A DNA stretch of 64,000 nt from IMG/VR virus record IMGVR_UViG_3300033407_000005, positions 1-64,000 of that record. The stretch is one strand, 5' to 3'. Below, in pieces: positions 43,811-53,619 of the stretch. The stretch's first letter is position 1. Each line of letters begins with the position of its first letter. The DNA comes from a virus (lineage: Duplodnaviria > Caudoviricetes). The notes under the pieces were generated by a model, which did no database searches, had not been told where the DNA came from, and saw only the letters and a list, made by a program, of their open reading frames with translations. Made by a program: the position numbers and the translations under genes.

Positions 43811-46335
43811 TAGGCCAATTCCCAGTCATCCACGTTGATCCACGCGCCGCTCGTGCCGTCGCAATCAACCACGAACTCAAACGCCCCGTCGTCGGTCGCC
43901 GCCCCGGTCGTGCCTGTGAGCTGTTCCCAATCTCCCGAGTCGTCGGCAACCGTCATCGTGTCGAGCACCACGTCATCATTGACCCCGAGAGCCGGGTTGG
44001 ACTTTAGGATCAAGCGCGGCTGGCTCCCGGCGTAGAGCACGCCCCCGGCGTCGCCGGCGATCGACTTCCTCACCCACACCGATATCGTGATTGTCTCCGT
44101 ATCGGCGACGGGAGCCAGTATCCCCCGGTGCTTCAGGGCGCTTTCCAGCTTGACGCTCGCGCTTGTCGGCGTGCATCTCTGCGACGGAGAAGCGGTATGG
44201 GAAATCACGCTGTCCGTGCGAAGCGCCCCAGTCGTCGCACCCTGGCCGACATAGGTTCGGTGATCCCCCGCAACTCCGTTGTGTCGCTGCGACGTAACAA
44301 ACGCCTCGCTAATCAGACCTTCCACTCCCGAAAGTTGGGTTGCCGCTCCGAGCTTGGTGTTCGTCATCCTGAGCTGCGTGCCGGTTCCGAGAACGATGTC
44401 CGTCGTGTGCGCCGTCTTGATCCCGCTGACCGTCGAGAGGTCGCCGTTCACGATGTCGAGAATGAATATCCCCGGAGAACCATCACAAGCAATTCCATTC
44501 GAGACAGGAAACGACGTGTCTCCGTTGAGCACCGGATTTATTAAATAAACAATCCCGCCTATTGGGCTTAGAATTCGTATGTTCCCCCCATTACCAAAAA
44601 GCACAGGCGAGTCAAAGATCAGGGGATATGCGCGATTTTCAATAACTATACCCTGAAGATTATTTCTCCATGCTGTAAGATTTGTAACAGTTCCATTTAT
44701 TCCCGAAATCTCAAACAGAAATCCTTCATTCGAATTAGAATGCGCAACATTTCCGCTATTAGGTCCCAACGTCGCACCTTGTTGAAACTCAAAGCCCCTG
44801 GCGCAAGAAACCGCGGTGTTGTTATTTACTGTTATTCCCACATCAGAAAATTCAAAGCCACTACGGCCTATGATGATATTATTATCAATAACAATATTCG
44901 TTCCCGTAGTTACAGCTACTGTAACGCCTCTAATAATACTAGCATTGGATACCCACCACATTACGTTATTAGCGAACGTAATGTTATCGGTTACAGAGCC
45001 AACTACCGTAAATGCTCCATCCTCGGTATCATGGATAGACGAGAATTGTATTGAGCACGAGCCGGTCGTTGTGTTTACTTCAACCCCACGTTGGTTCGTG
45101 CTGTTTTGCCCAAGGTAATAGAATTCAGCCCAATCAATATCGACTATCGATGTCGCGTTGAAATTCGCATAGGCCATGAGTGTTGACGAAACGCTGCGAA
45201 TCTTAACGTTGCGGGTTATGTTGATGACTTCGGCTTGTGTCGGCGCCGTACCTGAATGGGCAAAAGCCAATCCGCCGCCAGCCCCGGCAAATCCATCTAC
45301 CGTCAGGCTCGACGCCCCTGCGTTGCCGTTCAGCGCCCCAAGCTCTGATTGCAATACCGTCTTTGTCGTTGACGCAACCGCGATCTGGTCGTCATCAAGC
45401 CATCCGGTATCGGTATCTACCCCCAGGCTCGTTGAGTCGATCGCCTCATCCGTGTTGAGCTTGCACGAAACGGTATTGTTGCCGCTGGTTCTGGAAAGCC
45501 CCTGGATGTTGGTTGTCGAGCCATTCCTCCCGATCAGCCCGTGGCCGCCATCGACGGTCGAATCGAACTCCAACACGGCCACGCTGTCCCGCGGGATCGG
45601 CGTTCCGGTCGTGCCGATGTTGAGCGTTCCGCCGCTATAGACAATCGCGTGGCCCGACAGCCGCAACAGCGGATTGGCGGCGGACGTGTCCTTGAAGGTT
45701 AGCGTGCCGTTCTGGCAGATCGCCAGCGCGGGCGTGACGGTCGAAGTCGTGTCCGATCCGTAGTCGGTCGCCGCCGTCTCGTCCATCGTCACGACGTAGG
45801 CGTTGGCGCTCGCCGCCGAGTTCCAACTCCCCGCTACAATTACGTCGTCGCCCGTTGTCGGGGCCTGGTTGGTATCGGTGATCAGCAGCCGTGACCAGTT
45901 ATTGCCCGAGGCCGAATACACCGTCGCCTGGTTGGCCGATGACGTGGTTACGTCGATCTTGTAGGCCGTGATCCCGTCGACCACCAGGCCGGTAGCGGGC
46001 TTGAAGATGATCCAACCGCCGTCGAGCCCGGCTGTCGTTGCCTCGGGCAGATCGGTCATGTTGACGGTGACGGTCTTCTGAACGCTGTTGTCGGATGACA
46101 GGATGATCGCGACCGTCATCGTCCCGGTCGTGCCGGTGCGGTTGCGGAACTTGATCCCGAAGGCGTCTATCGTTCCGGCGGCCGGCGTGAACGCGGCCGA
46201 TCGCGAGGTCGTGCCCGAAGCCGTAGGGGGAACGGCCCCGCTCGCCTCGCTGTTGGAATAACTCGCCGCGTCGACGAGACCCCATGTACCAGCGGTCAGC
46301 CAGTTGCCCGATCCGATTGATGCGACAACGGCCAC
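43810..46335 (-). CDS. receptor-binding protein with parallel beta-helix repeats
   Basis: Asn/Ile-rich repeats (ITFANNV, VIDNNII, VNNNTA). Confidence 0.7.
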   Translation of the reverse strand: MAVVASIGSGNWLTAGTWGLVDAASYSNSEASGAVPPTASGTTSRSAAFTPAAGTIDAFGIKFRNRTGTTGTMTVAIILSSDNSVQKTVTVNMTDLPEATTAGLDGGWIIFKPATGLVVDGITAYKIDVTTSSANQATVYSASGNNWSRLLITDTNQAPTTGDDVIVAGSWNSAASANAYVVTMDETAATDYGSDTTSTVTPALAICQNGTLTFKDTSAANPLLRLSGHAIVYSGGTLNIGTTGTPIPRDSVAVLEFDSTVDGGHGLIGRNGSTTNIQGLSRTSGNNTVSCKLNTDEAIDSTSLGVDTDTGWLDDDQIAVASTTKTVLQSELGALNGNAGASSLTVDGFAGAGGGLAFAHSGTAPTQAEVINITRNVKIRSVSSTLMAYANFNATSIVDIDWAEFYYLGQNSTNQRGVEVNTTTGSCSIQFSSIHDTEDGAFTVVGSVTDNITFANNVMWWVSNASIIRGVTVAVTTGTNIVIDNNIIIGRSGFEFSDVGITVNNNTAVSCARGFEFQQGATLGPNSGNVAHSNSNEGFLFEISGINGTVTNLTAWRNNLQGIVIENRAYPLIFDSPVLFGNGGNIRILSPIGGIVYLINPVLNGDTSFPVSNGIACDGSPGIFILDIVNGDLSTVSGIKTAHTTDIVLGTGTQLRMTNTKLGAATQLSGVEGLISEAFVTSQRHNGVAGDHRTYVGQGATTGALRTDSVISHTASPSQRCTPTSASVKLESALKHRGILAPVADTETITISVWVRKSIAGDAGGVLYAGSQPRLILKSNPALGVNDDVVLDTMTVADDSGDWEQLTGTTGAATDDGAFEFVVDCDGTSGAWINVDDWELA

Positions 46336-46338
46336 TCG

Positions 46339-46629
46339 TTATGCCCCATCCGAATCGAGGTAGACGAATTTCCGGCCCGGGCCCCAATCGATCGGCGCGC
46401 CGCCGTTCGTGCTGGCCTCGATCGTGATGCGGCTCAGGCTGTTCGATGCACTCGAGAACAGCCCGCTGACCCACTCGGTCTGCCGCCGGTCGGTAACCCG
46501 GTAGCTGCGGACCGTGCCGTTCGCCACACGCGATGCGAACGTGACGGACCCCGGCAGCGCTCCGCCAAGCACATAGGGGCCGAGCCCGGTTGTCGCCGTC
46601 GTCTCGGCGGCGGCGTTGGCGGCGGCCAT
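46339..46629 (-). CDS. tail protein
   Basis: ETTATTGLG..LSR..ASTNGG motif. Confidence 0.65.
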   Translation of the reverse strand: MAAANAAAETTATTGLGPYVLGGALPGSVTFASRVANGTVRSYRVTDRRQTEWVSGLFSSASNSLSRITIEASTNGGAPIDWGPGRKFVYLDSDGA

Positions 46630-49600
46630 CTATGCCACCCTCCTGCGCGGCGTCTCGGTCAGCGGCGGGGGCTTCCCCGTGTTCGACGTGATGGCGCGCA
46701 ACTGGCCGACAGTTTCGACGCCGACGGCTTGAGTCAGTTTTAAGCCGCCGTCGAGCCGGGCGATCACCTCGCGCAGCAGCGCGACCACCTCGGCGTTCGA
46801 TGCCCCCATAGTCTGCGCCGGGGCCTCGCCGCGGGGCAGGACCGTCGCCCCGCCTCGTTGGTACATCCATTCGTCCTGATGCACCTGCACCCACCCCGGC
46901 GGCGTGCTCTCGGTGCCCGCGGCGAACGACCGGCGCGACAGGACATCCTCGACCGCCGCCAGCACCGCCGCCCGGATCGCCGCCGTCTGCGGGGCGTTGC
47001 CGTAGGCCGCCGTCGACCGCGCGACCACATCCTGCCCGGCCGTCGCGAGATTGGCCGCCTCGGACAGGTTCCCGCCCCGCACGAGCGCAAGCGTGCGCTG
47101 GAAATTGTCGTTGGCCGCCGTCACCGACGCGGCGCCGGTCAGCCCGGACAGCCCACCGGTCGTCAACTGCTCTTTCAACTGCATCAACCCCTGCGCCTGC
47201 GTCTTCCACAGCGCGTCGAGCGTCAGCGCATTCAGCTTTTCGGCCTGCACCCGGTTGGCGCCGGTCGCGATCGCGTCGTCGAGGATCGCCTTGTTGGCCG
47301 CCTTCACCTGGTCGAGCGCCAGCTTGAACGGGTCGGTGATGCCGAGGATGGCGTCGGCGATCGTCTTGTTGTGATCGTCGACCAGCCGGCGCATCGCCTC
47401 GGCCTCGGCCGCCACTACCGGCGCCAGCGAGAGCCCGTACTGCTGGGTCTTCAGGGTGATTTCGTCGAATATCGCGCCGATCTCGTTGAGCGCCTGCTTG
47501 AACGGGCCGATCTTCTGCGTGTCGGCGACGATCGAGGAAAACGCCGAGTCGGCCGCCGTCTTCATGTTGTCGTAGATCGCGATGAAGCCGATGAAGTCCT
47601 GGATCTCGGAGGGGTCGGTCAGCGTGCCGATGCCCTGCTTGAAGGCGGCCGACACGCCCTCCAGGCTCTTCGCGATCTGGAGGCTGATCGCGCTGACCGC
47701 CTCCTGGGCCGATCCGAATTTCAGCTCGCCGCTCGCGCTGCCGATCTGCCCCCCGACGATCAGCCCGTCGCGCGACCCGATGTTGGTGTAGAGGCTTCCC
47801 GAGACCGACGACCCGGGCAGCGCCTGCAGGAGACCCCGCGTGAACTGCTGAACCGAACTCAGGATCTGGTTGGACACCTGATCGTTCTGCGCGTTGCCCG
47901 ACGAATTGACCCCGGTGATCGCGCCGCCGCCGGCGCCGAGCGTCAGGAGCCCGCCCGAGGCGAAGTTCGACGGCTTCGAGTTGCCGAAGAGTCCGCCGAG
48001 CCCGCCACCCCCAAGACCGCCGAGCAGACCGCCGATCAACGTCCCGATGCCGGGGATGATCGAGCCGATTGCCGCGCCGGCGAGCGAGCCGATGCCTGAT
48101 CCGACCGTGCCGCCGAACGTATTTCCGCCGAGGAGGCTGTTGAGGAGCATCCCGCCGCCAAAGCCCGCCCCCGCACCGGTGAGGAAGGAGCCGAACGTCG
48201 TCGATCCGAACAGCGATCCGGTGGCTGCCGGATTCCCCGGACCAAAGAGCGTCGAGGAGAACGGTGAACCGATGCCGGAAAGCCCGGCCCCAGGCTGGGC
48301 AAAGCCAAGGCTGCCGCCGATGTTGTTGAAGAAACCCGAGATCCCCCCGTTGCCGAAGAGTCCGTTGCCGCCGCCCAGCCAATCCGGCAGCAGCCCCGGT
48401 GAGCTTTCACCGAAGAATGATTTCCCGATCGACAGCGCACTTGATGCATTGCTCAACGAGAATGTGTTTGGGCCGGTCTGGGTGACCGACAGCCCGGAAC
48501 CGCCGCCGCCGCCGCCTCCAAAGAGGCTCCCGAGCCCGCCGAAGCTGCCGAAGCTCTGTGCCGCGCTGCCGAAGCCAAGGGCGCCGATCAGCGAACCCAG
48601 CAGCGGCCGGATAAACAGCGCGTCCGAAATCTGCGCCGCGATCGACCCGAGCATCGTCTTGATGCGGGTGCCCCAATCCTCGACCTTGCGCCCGGAGAAG
48701 GCGTCCTCGATCGAGCGGGCGAGCGTGTTCTCGACCGTGCTGGCGATCTGGCGGATGCCGTCGTCGAGGCGCTGCTGATTGCGCTGGGCTTCCTGTAGCT
48801 GAACGTTTGCCTGCGACAGCGCGTCGACGGATTTCAGGTAGTTTTGACCAATCTCGCTCGTTAGCGATACGCCCCGGCGCTCCAACTCTTGCCGCGCCTG
48901 GAGAAGCGTAACCTGCCGGGCGATCGTATCAGCCGTCTCGCCCTGAAGCCCGGCCACAACCCGAAGGATCTCGACCCGGCGCTGGTTGTCATTGATGCCT
49001 CGCTGCAGCTCGCCCGTGTGCCGCGCGGTGTTGGCGTCGAGGATTTCCTGCGTCCGCCGCGCCACGTCGCCGCCCCGCTGGCGCACCTCCAGCCGCGCTT
49101 GTTCTTCCGCCGCCACCCGGAGCCCCGCCGCTTCGCCGGCCTTGAGCGCCTCGGCGAGGCGAAGTTCTCCCGCTGTCCGCATTTCGACGAGGGTGGCTTC
49201 CTTGCCGAGCTCGATGTTCGCTTTCGCGCGCGCCGCGGTCGCGGCGATCGTGGCGCCGGATTCCGCCTCCGTCGCGGTGGCGCCGAGCCCGATCAGCCGG
49301 TTCCGCTCGACCAGCCGGGCACGGGCTACGTCCTGCTCGGTATTCCACAGCTTTTGGATTGCCAGATCTTCGGCCGTTTCCTTCTTCAGATTTGAGATTG
49401 CCTTGGCAACATCGGCGATCTGCTCGTCCGAGCGGACCGCGATCCCGCCGCCGATCCCGCTCGACGCGAGGTCGGTATTCGCCGGCGACGTGAGCCTTCC
49501 CACGATCCCGGCTAACCTGTTTTTGGCCAGGATATTCTCGACCGACCCTTCGGGAATGGCGCCCATTCGTTGCTGCGCCCATAGGGCGCTGACATCGCCG

Positions 49601-51582
49601 GTCCCACCTGCCTCGATATCCCGACGGGATTGCGCACCGGCGAACTCAAGCTGGTTGGCCCGCGGGTCGCCCAGATCGGGAAGCAGGTTCCACAGCGTCC
49701 GCGCGGCGCCCCCCGTCCCGACGGCCCTCAGCGGAAGCATGCCGACATCAAGAGCATTGCGCCCGATCCATGCCCCCACCGCGCCGGCTGTGCTGATCGA
49801 CTGCGGCGCCTCTCCGCCCGTCACGGCATTGGCGATGCCCTGCATCATCCCAACGAGCGCGTCGCGCGCGCGCTGAATCGCGTCGGTGTTGCTCAGCTTG
49901 TCGAGCATCTCGTCCCAGGCCGTGCCGATCGATTTTATCGACTCGGCGGCCGGACCCATGACCTCCTTACGGGCTCCCTCGATGTTCTTGGCGATGGTGT
50001 CGATGATCCGGTTCTGCGCTTCGAGGGCGCCGCCGGTGCGCGCCAGGTCGCGTGCCGCCGTCGCCTGGCTCGCGGACAGCGCGCCGAGGGCGAAGCCCAA
50101 CTTGATCGTGCTCTCCAAGCCGCCGGAGACCGCCGCCGTGAACCGCTCGATCCCCGCCACCGGCTCAAGCCCGAGCCGGGCGCCGACATTGGCGCCGATA
50201 GTCCCGATCGCGCTGGTCTGCGCCGCGTTCAGGGACGGATTGCGCAAGAGCACCGCCTGTGCCGCTTCGGCCTCCGCGCGGGTCACACCGAGCCGCTGGA
50301 GATCACGCGCGGCGGCTTGGACGTTTGCCGCCGTCGTCACCGCGCTTTTGCCGGTGCCCTCCAAGGTCAGGTTGAAGGTGCGCAGCATCGCCGCGTTGTC
50401 GCTGGCGCGCGACAGCAATATAGCAAACCCGCCGGCAAGCGCCGCGAGCCCCGCGACAGCCGCCGTCATCGGCGTGATCCAGCCGCGGATCGTCGTCCCC
50501 AAAGTCCCCCAAATACCGGGCGCCTGCTGGCCTATCTGGTAGAACTGCCCGGCTTGCTGAGCGAAGATCCGGAACGGCGCCTGCCCCATGAGCAGCCCGC
50601 TCACTACATCGTTGATTTGAAACGATAAATTCGTCAGGGCGAATTGCATGTTGCGGGTCGCCGCCGTCGAAGCGCCCATCGCGTTGGTAGTGGCGGTCAA
50701 CGCCGCCCTGTAGCGCTGGTGGAGCAATCCCTGTTGCTGGGTCGTGATCAGACCCGCCTTCGCGACCTCATCGACCCCGGCAATCTCCTTTTTGTACGCA
50801 CGCTCGGCCGTCAGAGTGGGAGTAAGCACCTCCTCATAACGCCGCGTCGCAGCGGTAAGGCGTTCTTGTTCTTTGACGGCATTGGGATCAACGGGCGAAA
50901 GGATGCCTCGCACCTGACCCGCAAACGCGGCCTTGGTTTTTTCCAAAGCAGCGATGTACCCGCCCTGTATTCTAATGCCCGCCTCATTTGCAGCATTCAA
51001 ATCTCTGAGCTTCGCGCGGTATGCATCCTGCGCTGTTGCGAGGGGATTGAATTCCGCCCTCAGCCTGGCGACTTCGGTGCCGTAAGCAGCCGTAATGGTT
51101 AAAATCTGATTGTAAAGCTGTGCCTGTGCCGCCGTGGCAGCCGCTCCTGACCGTTGTGCGGCAGCCGTGCTCTCAAGCACCGCCACTTGAGCTACGAGCC
51201 GGCGATTTGTCTGATCAATAACCTCGGAAAATTTCCGGTATTCGCTGCTGGAAGCAATGGCAGCGGCAGCATTCGACACCATGATCTTGTTAGCTTCGGC
51301 CTGGCTCCCCGTCCCCAGCGACACCGCACGCTGGAGCTTGGTCTGCGCATCGGCGAGCCGGACCATCGAATCGTGGGTCGGATCGACGGCCCGCTTCAGC
51401 GATTCAAAATCTTTCGCGGAATTCTGCAAAGCCCGTGTGGACTTCGCCAGCTTGTCGTTTACCGCATCCTCGGCAAGCCCGGCCCGACCCGCGGCAGCCG
51501 CCATCAAGTCCAAGCCCTGCGCAACCCGCGCCAGGACATTGGAAGCGCCGTCCTTGATGACAACTTCGGAAACGAGCGGCAT
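46630..51582 (-). CDS. tape measure protein (1650 aa)
   Basis: length, Ala-rich helices, lambda-type FQINDVVSGL..GQAPFRIFAQQAGQ. Confidence 0.93.
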   Translation of the reverse strand: MPLVSEVVIKDGASNVLARVAQGLDLMAAAAGRAGLAEDAVNDKLAKSTRALQNSAKDFESLKRAVDPTHDSMVRLADAQTKLQRAVSLGTGSQAEANKIMVSNAAAAIASSSEYRKFSEVIDQTNRRLVAQVAVLESTAAAQRSGAAATAAQAQLYNQILTITAAYGTEVARLRAEFNPLATAQDAYRAKLRDLNAANEAGIRIQGGYIAALEKTKAAFAGQVRGILSPVDPNAVKEQERLTAATRRYEEVLTPTLTAERAYKKEIAGVDEVAKAGLITTQQQGLLHQRYRAALTATTNAMGASTAATRNMQFALTNLSFQINDVVSGLLMGQAPFRIFAQQAGQFYQIGQQAPGIWGTLGTTIRGWITPMTAAVAGLAALAGGFAILLSRASDNAAMLRTFNLTLEGTGKSAVTTAANVQAAARDLQRLGVTRAEAEAAQAVLLRNPSLNAAQTSAIGTIGANVGARLGLEPVAGIERFTAAVSGGLESTIKLGFALGALSASQATAARDLARTGGALEAQNRIIDTIAKNIEGARKEVMGPAAESIKSIGTAWDEMLDKLSNTDAIQRARDALVGMMQGIANAVTGGEAPQSISTAGAVGAWIGRNALDVGMLPLRAVGTGGAARTLWNLLPDLGDPRANQLEFAGAQSRRDIEAGGTGDVSALWAQQRMGAIPEGSVENILAKNRLAGIVGRLTSPANTDLASSGIGGGIAVRSDEQIADVAKAISNLKKETAEDLAIQKLWNTEQDVARARLVERNRLIGLGATATEAESGATIAATAARAKANIELGKEATLVEMRTAGELRLAEALKAGEAAGLRVAAEEQARLEVRQRGGDVARRTQEILDANTARHTGELQRGINDNQRRVEILRVVAGLQGETADTIARQVTLLQARQELERRGVSLTSEIGQNYLKSVDALSQANVQLQEAQRNQQRLDDGIRQIASTVENTLARSIEDAFSGRKVEDWGTRIKTMLGSIAAQISDALFIRPLLGSLIGALGFGSAAQSFGSFGGLGSLFGGGGGGGSGLSVTQTGPNTFSLSNASSALSIGKSFFGESSPGLLPDWLGGGNGLFGNGGISGFFNNIGGSLGFAQPGAGLSGIGSPFSSTLFGPGNPAATGSLFGSTTFGSFLTGAGAGFGGGMLLNSLLGGNTFGGTVGSGIGSLAGAAIGSIIPGIGTLIGGLLGGLGGGGLGGLFGNSKPSNFASGGLLTLGAGGGAITGVNSSGNAQNDQVSNQILSSVQQFTRGLLQALPGSSVSGSLYTNIGSRDGLIVGGQIGSASGELKFGSAQEAVSAISLQIAKSLEGVSAAFKQGIGTLTDPSEIQDFIGFIAIYDNMKTAADSAFSSIVADTQKIGPFKQALNEIGAIFDEITLKTQQYGLSLAPVVAAEAEAMRRLVDDHNKTIADAILGITDPFKLALDQVKAANKAILDDAIATGANRVQAEKLNALTLDALWKTQAQGLMQLKEQLTTGGLSGLTGAASVTAANDNFQRTLALVRGGNLSEAANLATAGQDVVARSTAAYGNAPQTAAIRAAVLAAVEDVLSRRSFAAGTESTPPGWVQVHQDEWMYQRGGATVLPRGEAPAQTMGASNAEVVALLREVIARLDGGLKLTQAVGVETVGQLRAITSNTGKPPPLTETPRRRVA

Positions 51583-51584
51583 GG

Positions 51585-52274
51585 CTATTTGACGCTGAAC
51601 ACGATCGTCGGGTAGGACGATGCCCGCTTCACATCCTTTATCGTCTTGGGCACCCCGCCCGTCCGCGTGCGGCCGACCAGGTGCCCCGGATAATGCTCAA
51701 AGGTGAACCGGAGGTTCAGCACCCCGCCGAAGCGCGACCGGACGCTTTGCATCGTCCGCTGCATGACCCCGTTCGGCACGCTCATCTTCATGTGTCCGAC
51801 TTCGATCTTGCGGCTGTACGGCAACAGGCTGGTCAGAGTGACGACATCGGCGGCCTGAAACTCGATCGGCCCCTCGCCGGGCACAAACGGCCGCTCGACC
51901 CCGTTGACCAACAGCATCAGCGATTGGGCATAGAGGCCCGGATGCGGGTCTCGGGGCGAGCGCGGCCCGCCGCCGATCGGCGCCAGTTGCGAGAACACGA
52001 CCGCGGCATAATCGACCGCATCGGCCAGCACCTTCGCCCCGACATCGAACAGGTAGACGATCGTGCCGCCCGGCTGCACGCTCTCCAGCGCAGCCCCCTT
52101 GTGCCCGTCGACGAATTGCTCGAACGGCGGGTCGCGCCCGAGGATCGCGCGGTTCTGGGCCTGCGCCTTGGCGAACTCCTGCCGCGCGGCCCGCGCCATG
52201 ATCTCGACGCGGGTCCCCTCCAGCCCGAGCGTGAAGGCGTCGACCTCGCGAGCAAAGGCTTGAAGACGGGCCAT
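51585..52274 (-). CDS. neck/tail-associated structural protein
   Basis: FVDG..PYSRKIEVG..YP pattern; precedes tape measure. Confidence 0.65.
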   Translation of the reverse strand: MARLQAFAREVDAFTLGLEGTRVEIMARAARQEFAKAQAQNRAILGRDPPFEQFVDGHKGAALESVQPGGTIVYLFDVGAKVLADAVDYAAVVFSQLAPIGGGPRSPRDPHPGLYAQSLMLLVNGVERPFVPGEGPIEFQAADVVTLTSLLPYSRKIEVGHMKMSVPNGVMQRTMQSVRSRFGGVLNLRFTFEHYPGHLVGRTRTGGVPKTIKDVKRASSYPTIVFSVK

Positions 52275-52340
52275 TTCAGCTATCCCGCGATTCCATTAAC
52301 CCTGATTTCCTATTGCGTATTGCGCGTCGGCGTGCCGACG

Positions 52341-52616
52341 ATGGCCCACATGAAATCTGCTCTGTTCGTCATTGGCTTTGTGAGTCTGGTCTTCGCTGGC
52401 GCTGCCGCCACGTCAGGGCCAGCCCCTCGTGACGACCGCTGCAAACTGACCGAGCGGCAGATCAGGGAGTTTTGGGCGGCGGCTGGTCGGTTTAAAGACG
52501 AGAGCGAACGCACGCGAATGACGGTGATTGCGGTTGAGGCAGCAGAAAACCTTTGCCGTGACCTCCAGAAAGCACCAACGCCATTACCCCCGGAGCTTCA
52601 ACAACTGCTTCGCTAA
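52341..52616 (+). CDS. small exported protein (counter-oriented insert)
   Basis: signal-like N-terminus. Confidence 0.55.
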   Translation: MAHMKSALFVIGFVSLVFAGAAATSGPAPRDDRCKLTERQIREFWAAAGRFKDESERTRMTVIAVEAAENLCRDLQKAPTPLPPELQQLLR

Positions 52617-52648
52617 GGTCCGCCAGTTACCGGGCAGGGGATTTTGCT

Positions 52649-53077
52649 CTAACCCCTCGCCGCCGCCCGCTGCCGTGCCCGCTCGGACTCCCAGGCCAGA
52701 AACTCATCGTCGAGAACGTCGACGAAACGCAGCAACAAATCGAACGCGCTCCCATCGATCCCGAACCGCCGGGCGTAGCGGTCGATCGCCCCGAACGGAA
52801 TCCGCCCCGGCCGCGGCTCGATCAGCGTCGCCCCGCCCATCCCCGCCGCGATGACCGACCCCTCGATGATGTGCGGCCGGTCGCCATGCAGACGCCAGAA
52901 AGCCGCCCACGCGAATTCCGCGCCGGCTGGGACGAAGGCTTCTTCAGGCTTTTGGGGTGGGGGGTTGGCGGCGAAATGCGCGGCGGCATCCGGCTCCTCC
53001 TCGGCTAGATCGGCTTTCCAATCAGCGATCAGGCCGCCGTCTTCGAGCCGCCAACGGAGGAGCACGGCGAGTTTTTT
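52649..53077 (-). CDS. tail assembly chaperone GT extension (-1 frame)
   Basis: open -1 frame after A AAA AAC; AWAAFWRL..IPFGAIDRYARRFG. Confidence 0.75.
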   Translation of the reverse strand, partial: KKLAVLLRWRLEDGGLIADWKADLAEEEPDAAAHFAANPPPQKPEEAFVPAGAEFAWAAFWRLHGDRPHIIEGSVIAAGMGGATLIEPRPGRIPFGAIDRYARRFGIDGSAFDLLLRFVDVLDDEFLAWESERARQRAAARG

Positions 53078-53472
53078 GAGGTGTCCGTGACGTATTCCGC
53101 CTCGATCTCGGACACCCGGGCCGCGGCCCATATTGTATAGTCGACGATTGCTGAAAAATCGGGCTGAAGAACCATCTCCCGATCGTAGGGTTGTTCGCTG
53201 CCGTCCTCCTTTTGGAGACCCCGCCAATCCAGCAGCAAATGCTTGACGCACAGCCTCGCCAGAGCCGGGCCGACAACATCCGGCGGCGCATCGGCGGCGT
53301 CACCATACTTGCGACGCCACTGCCCTCGCACGACGCTGTGCTCGGCCGCGAACGGGGCGTAGTTCAGCCCCCGCACCTTCAATTCGAGACCGGGGACCGC
53401 CGTAATCCAGACCCAATCGCCTTCGTCGATGCGAGTGCGATTGGCACGCAGGGAATTGATGTTGATTGCCAT
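53029..53472 (-). CDS. tail assembly chaperone G
   Basis: GDWV..LKVRG..LLDWRGL; between tube and tape measure. Confidence 0.8.
   Translation of the reverse strand: MAININSLRANRTRIDEGDWVWITAVPGLELKVRGLNYAPFAAEHSVVRGQWRRKYGDAADAPPDVVGPALARLCVKHLLLDWRGLQKEDGSEQPYDREMVLQPDFSAIVDYTIWAAARVSEIEAEYVTDTSKNSPCSSVGGSKTAA
53071..53077 (-). other. -1 programmed frameshift heptamer A AAA AAC
   Basis: in-frame X XXY YYZ near the end of G. Confidence 0.75.
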
Positions 53473-53619
53473 GTCTCTAGTTTTCCTTCTGCCGGAAGGG
53501 GAGGCGGGACACCCCGGCAGGCGCCCCGCCTCGCACGCGCGTGCCCCTGGGCCTCGCCCTAGAGTGACGGGCCAGGGGTCGTTTCCCCGCGCTGCCGGGC
53601 GCGGGGTTACGGTGTTGGA

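Noticed and set aside
36764-46335. Diversity-generating retroelement at the tail genes
   Set aside because: No reverse transcriptase and no adenine-specific template/variable repeat pair; the paralogies are diverged at the protein level.
45899-48382. 827-aa alternative-frame ORF
   Set aside because: Arg-rich out-of-frame shadow of the tape measure and tail genes.
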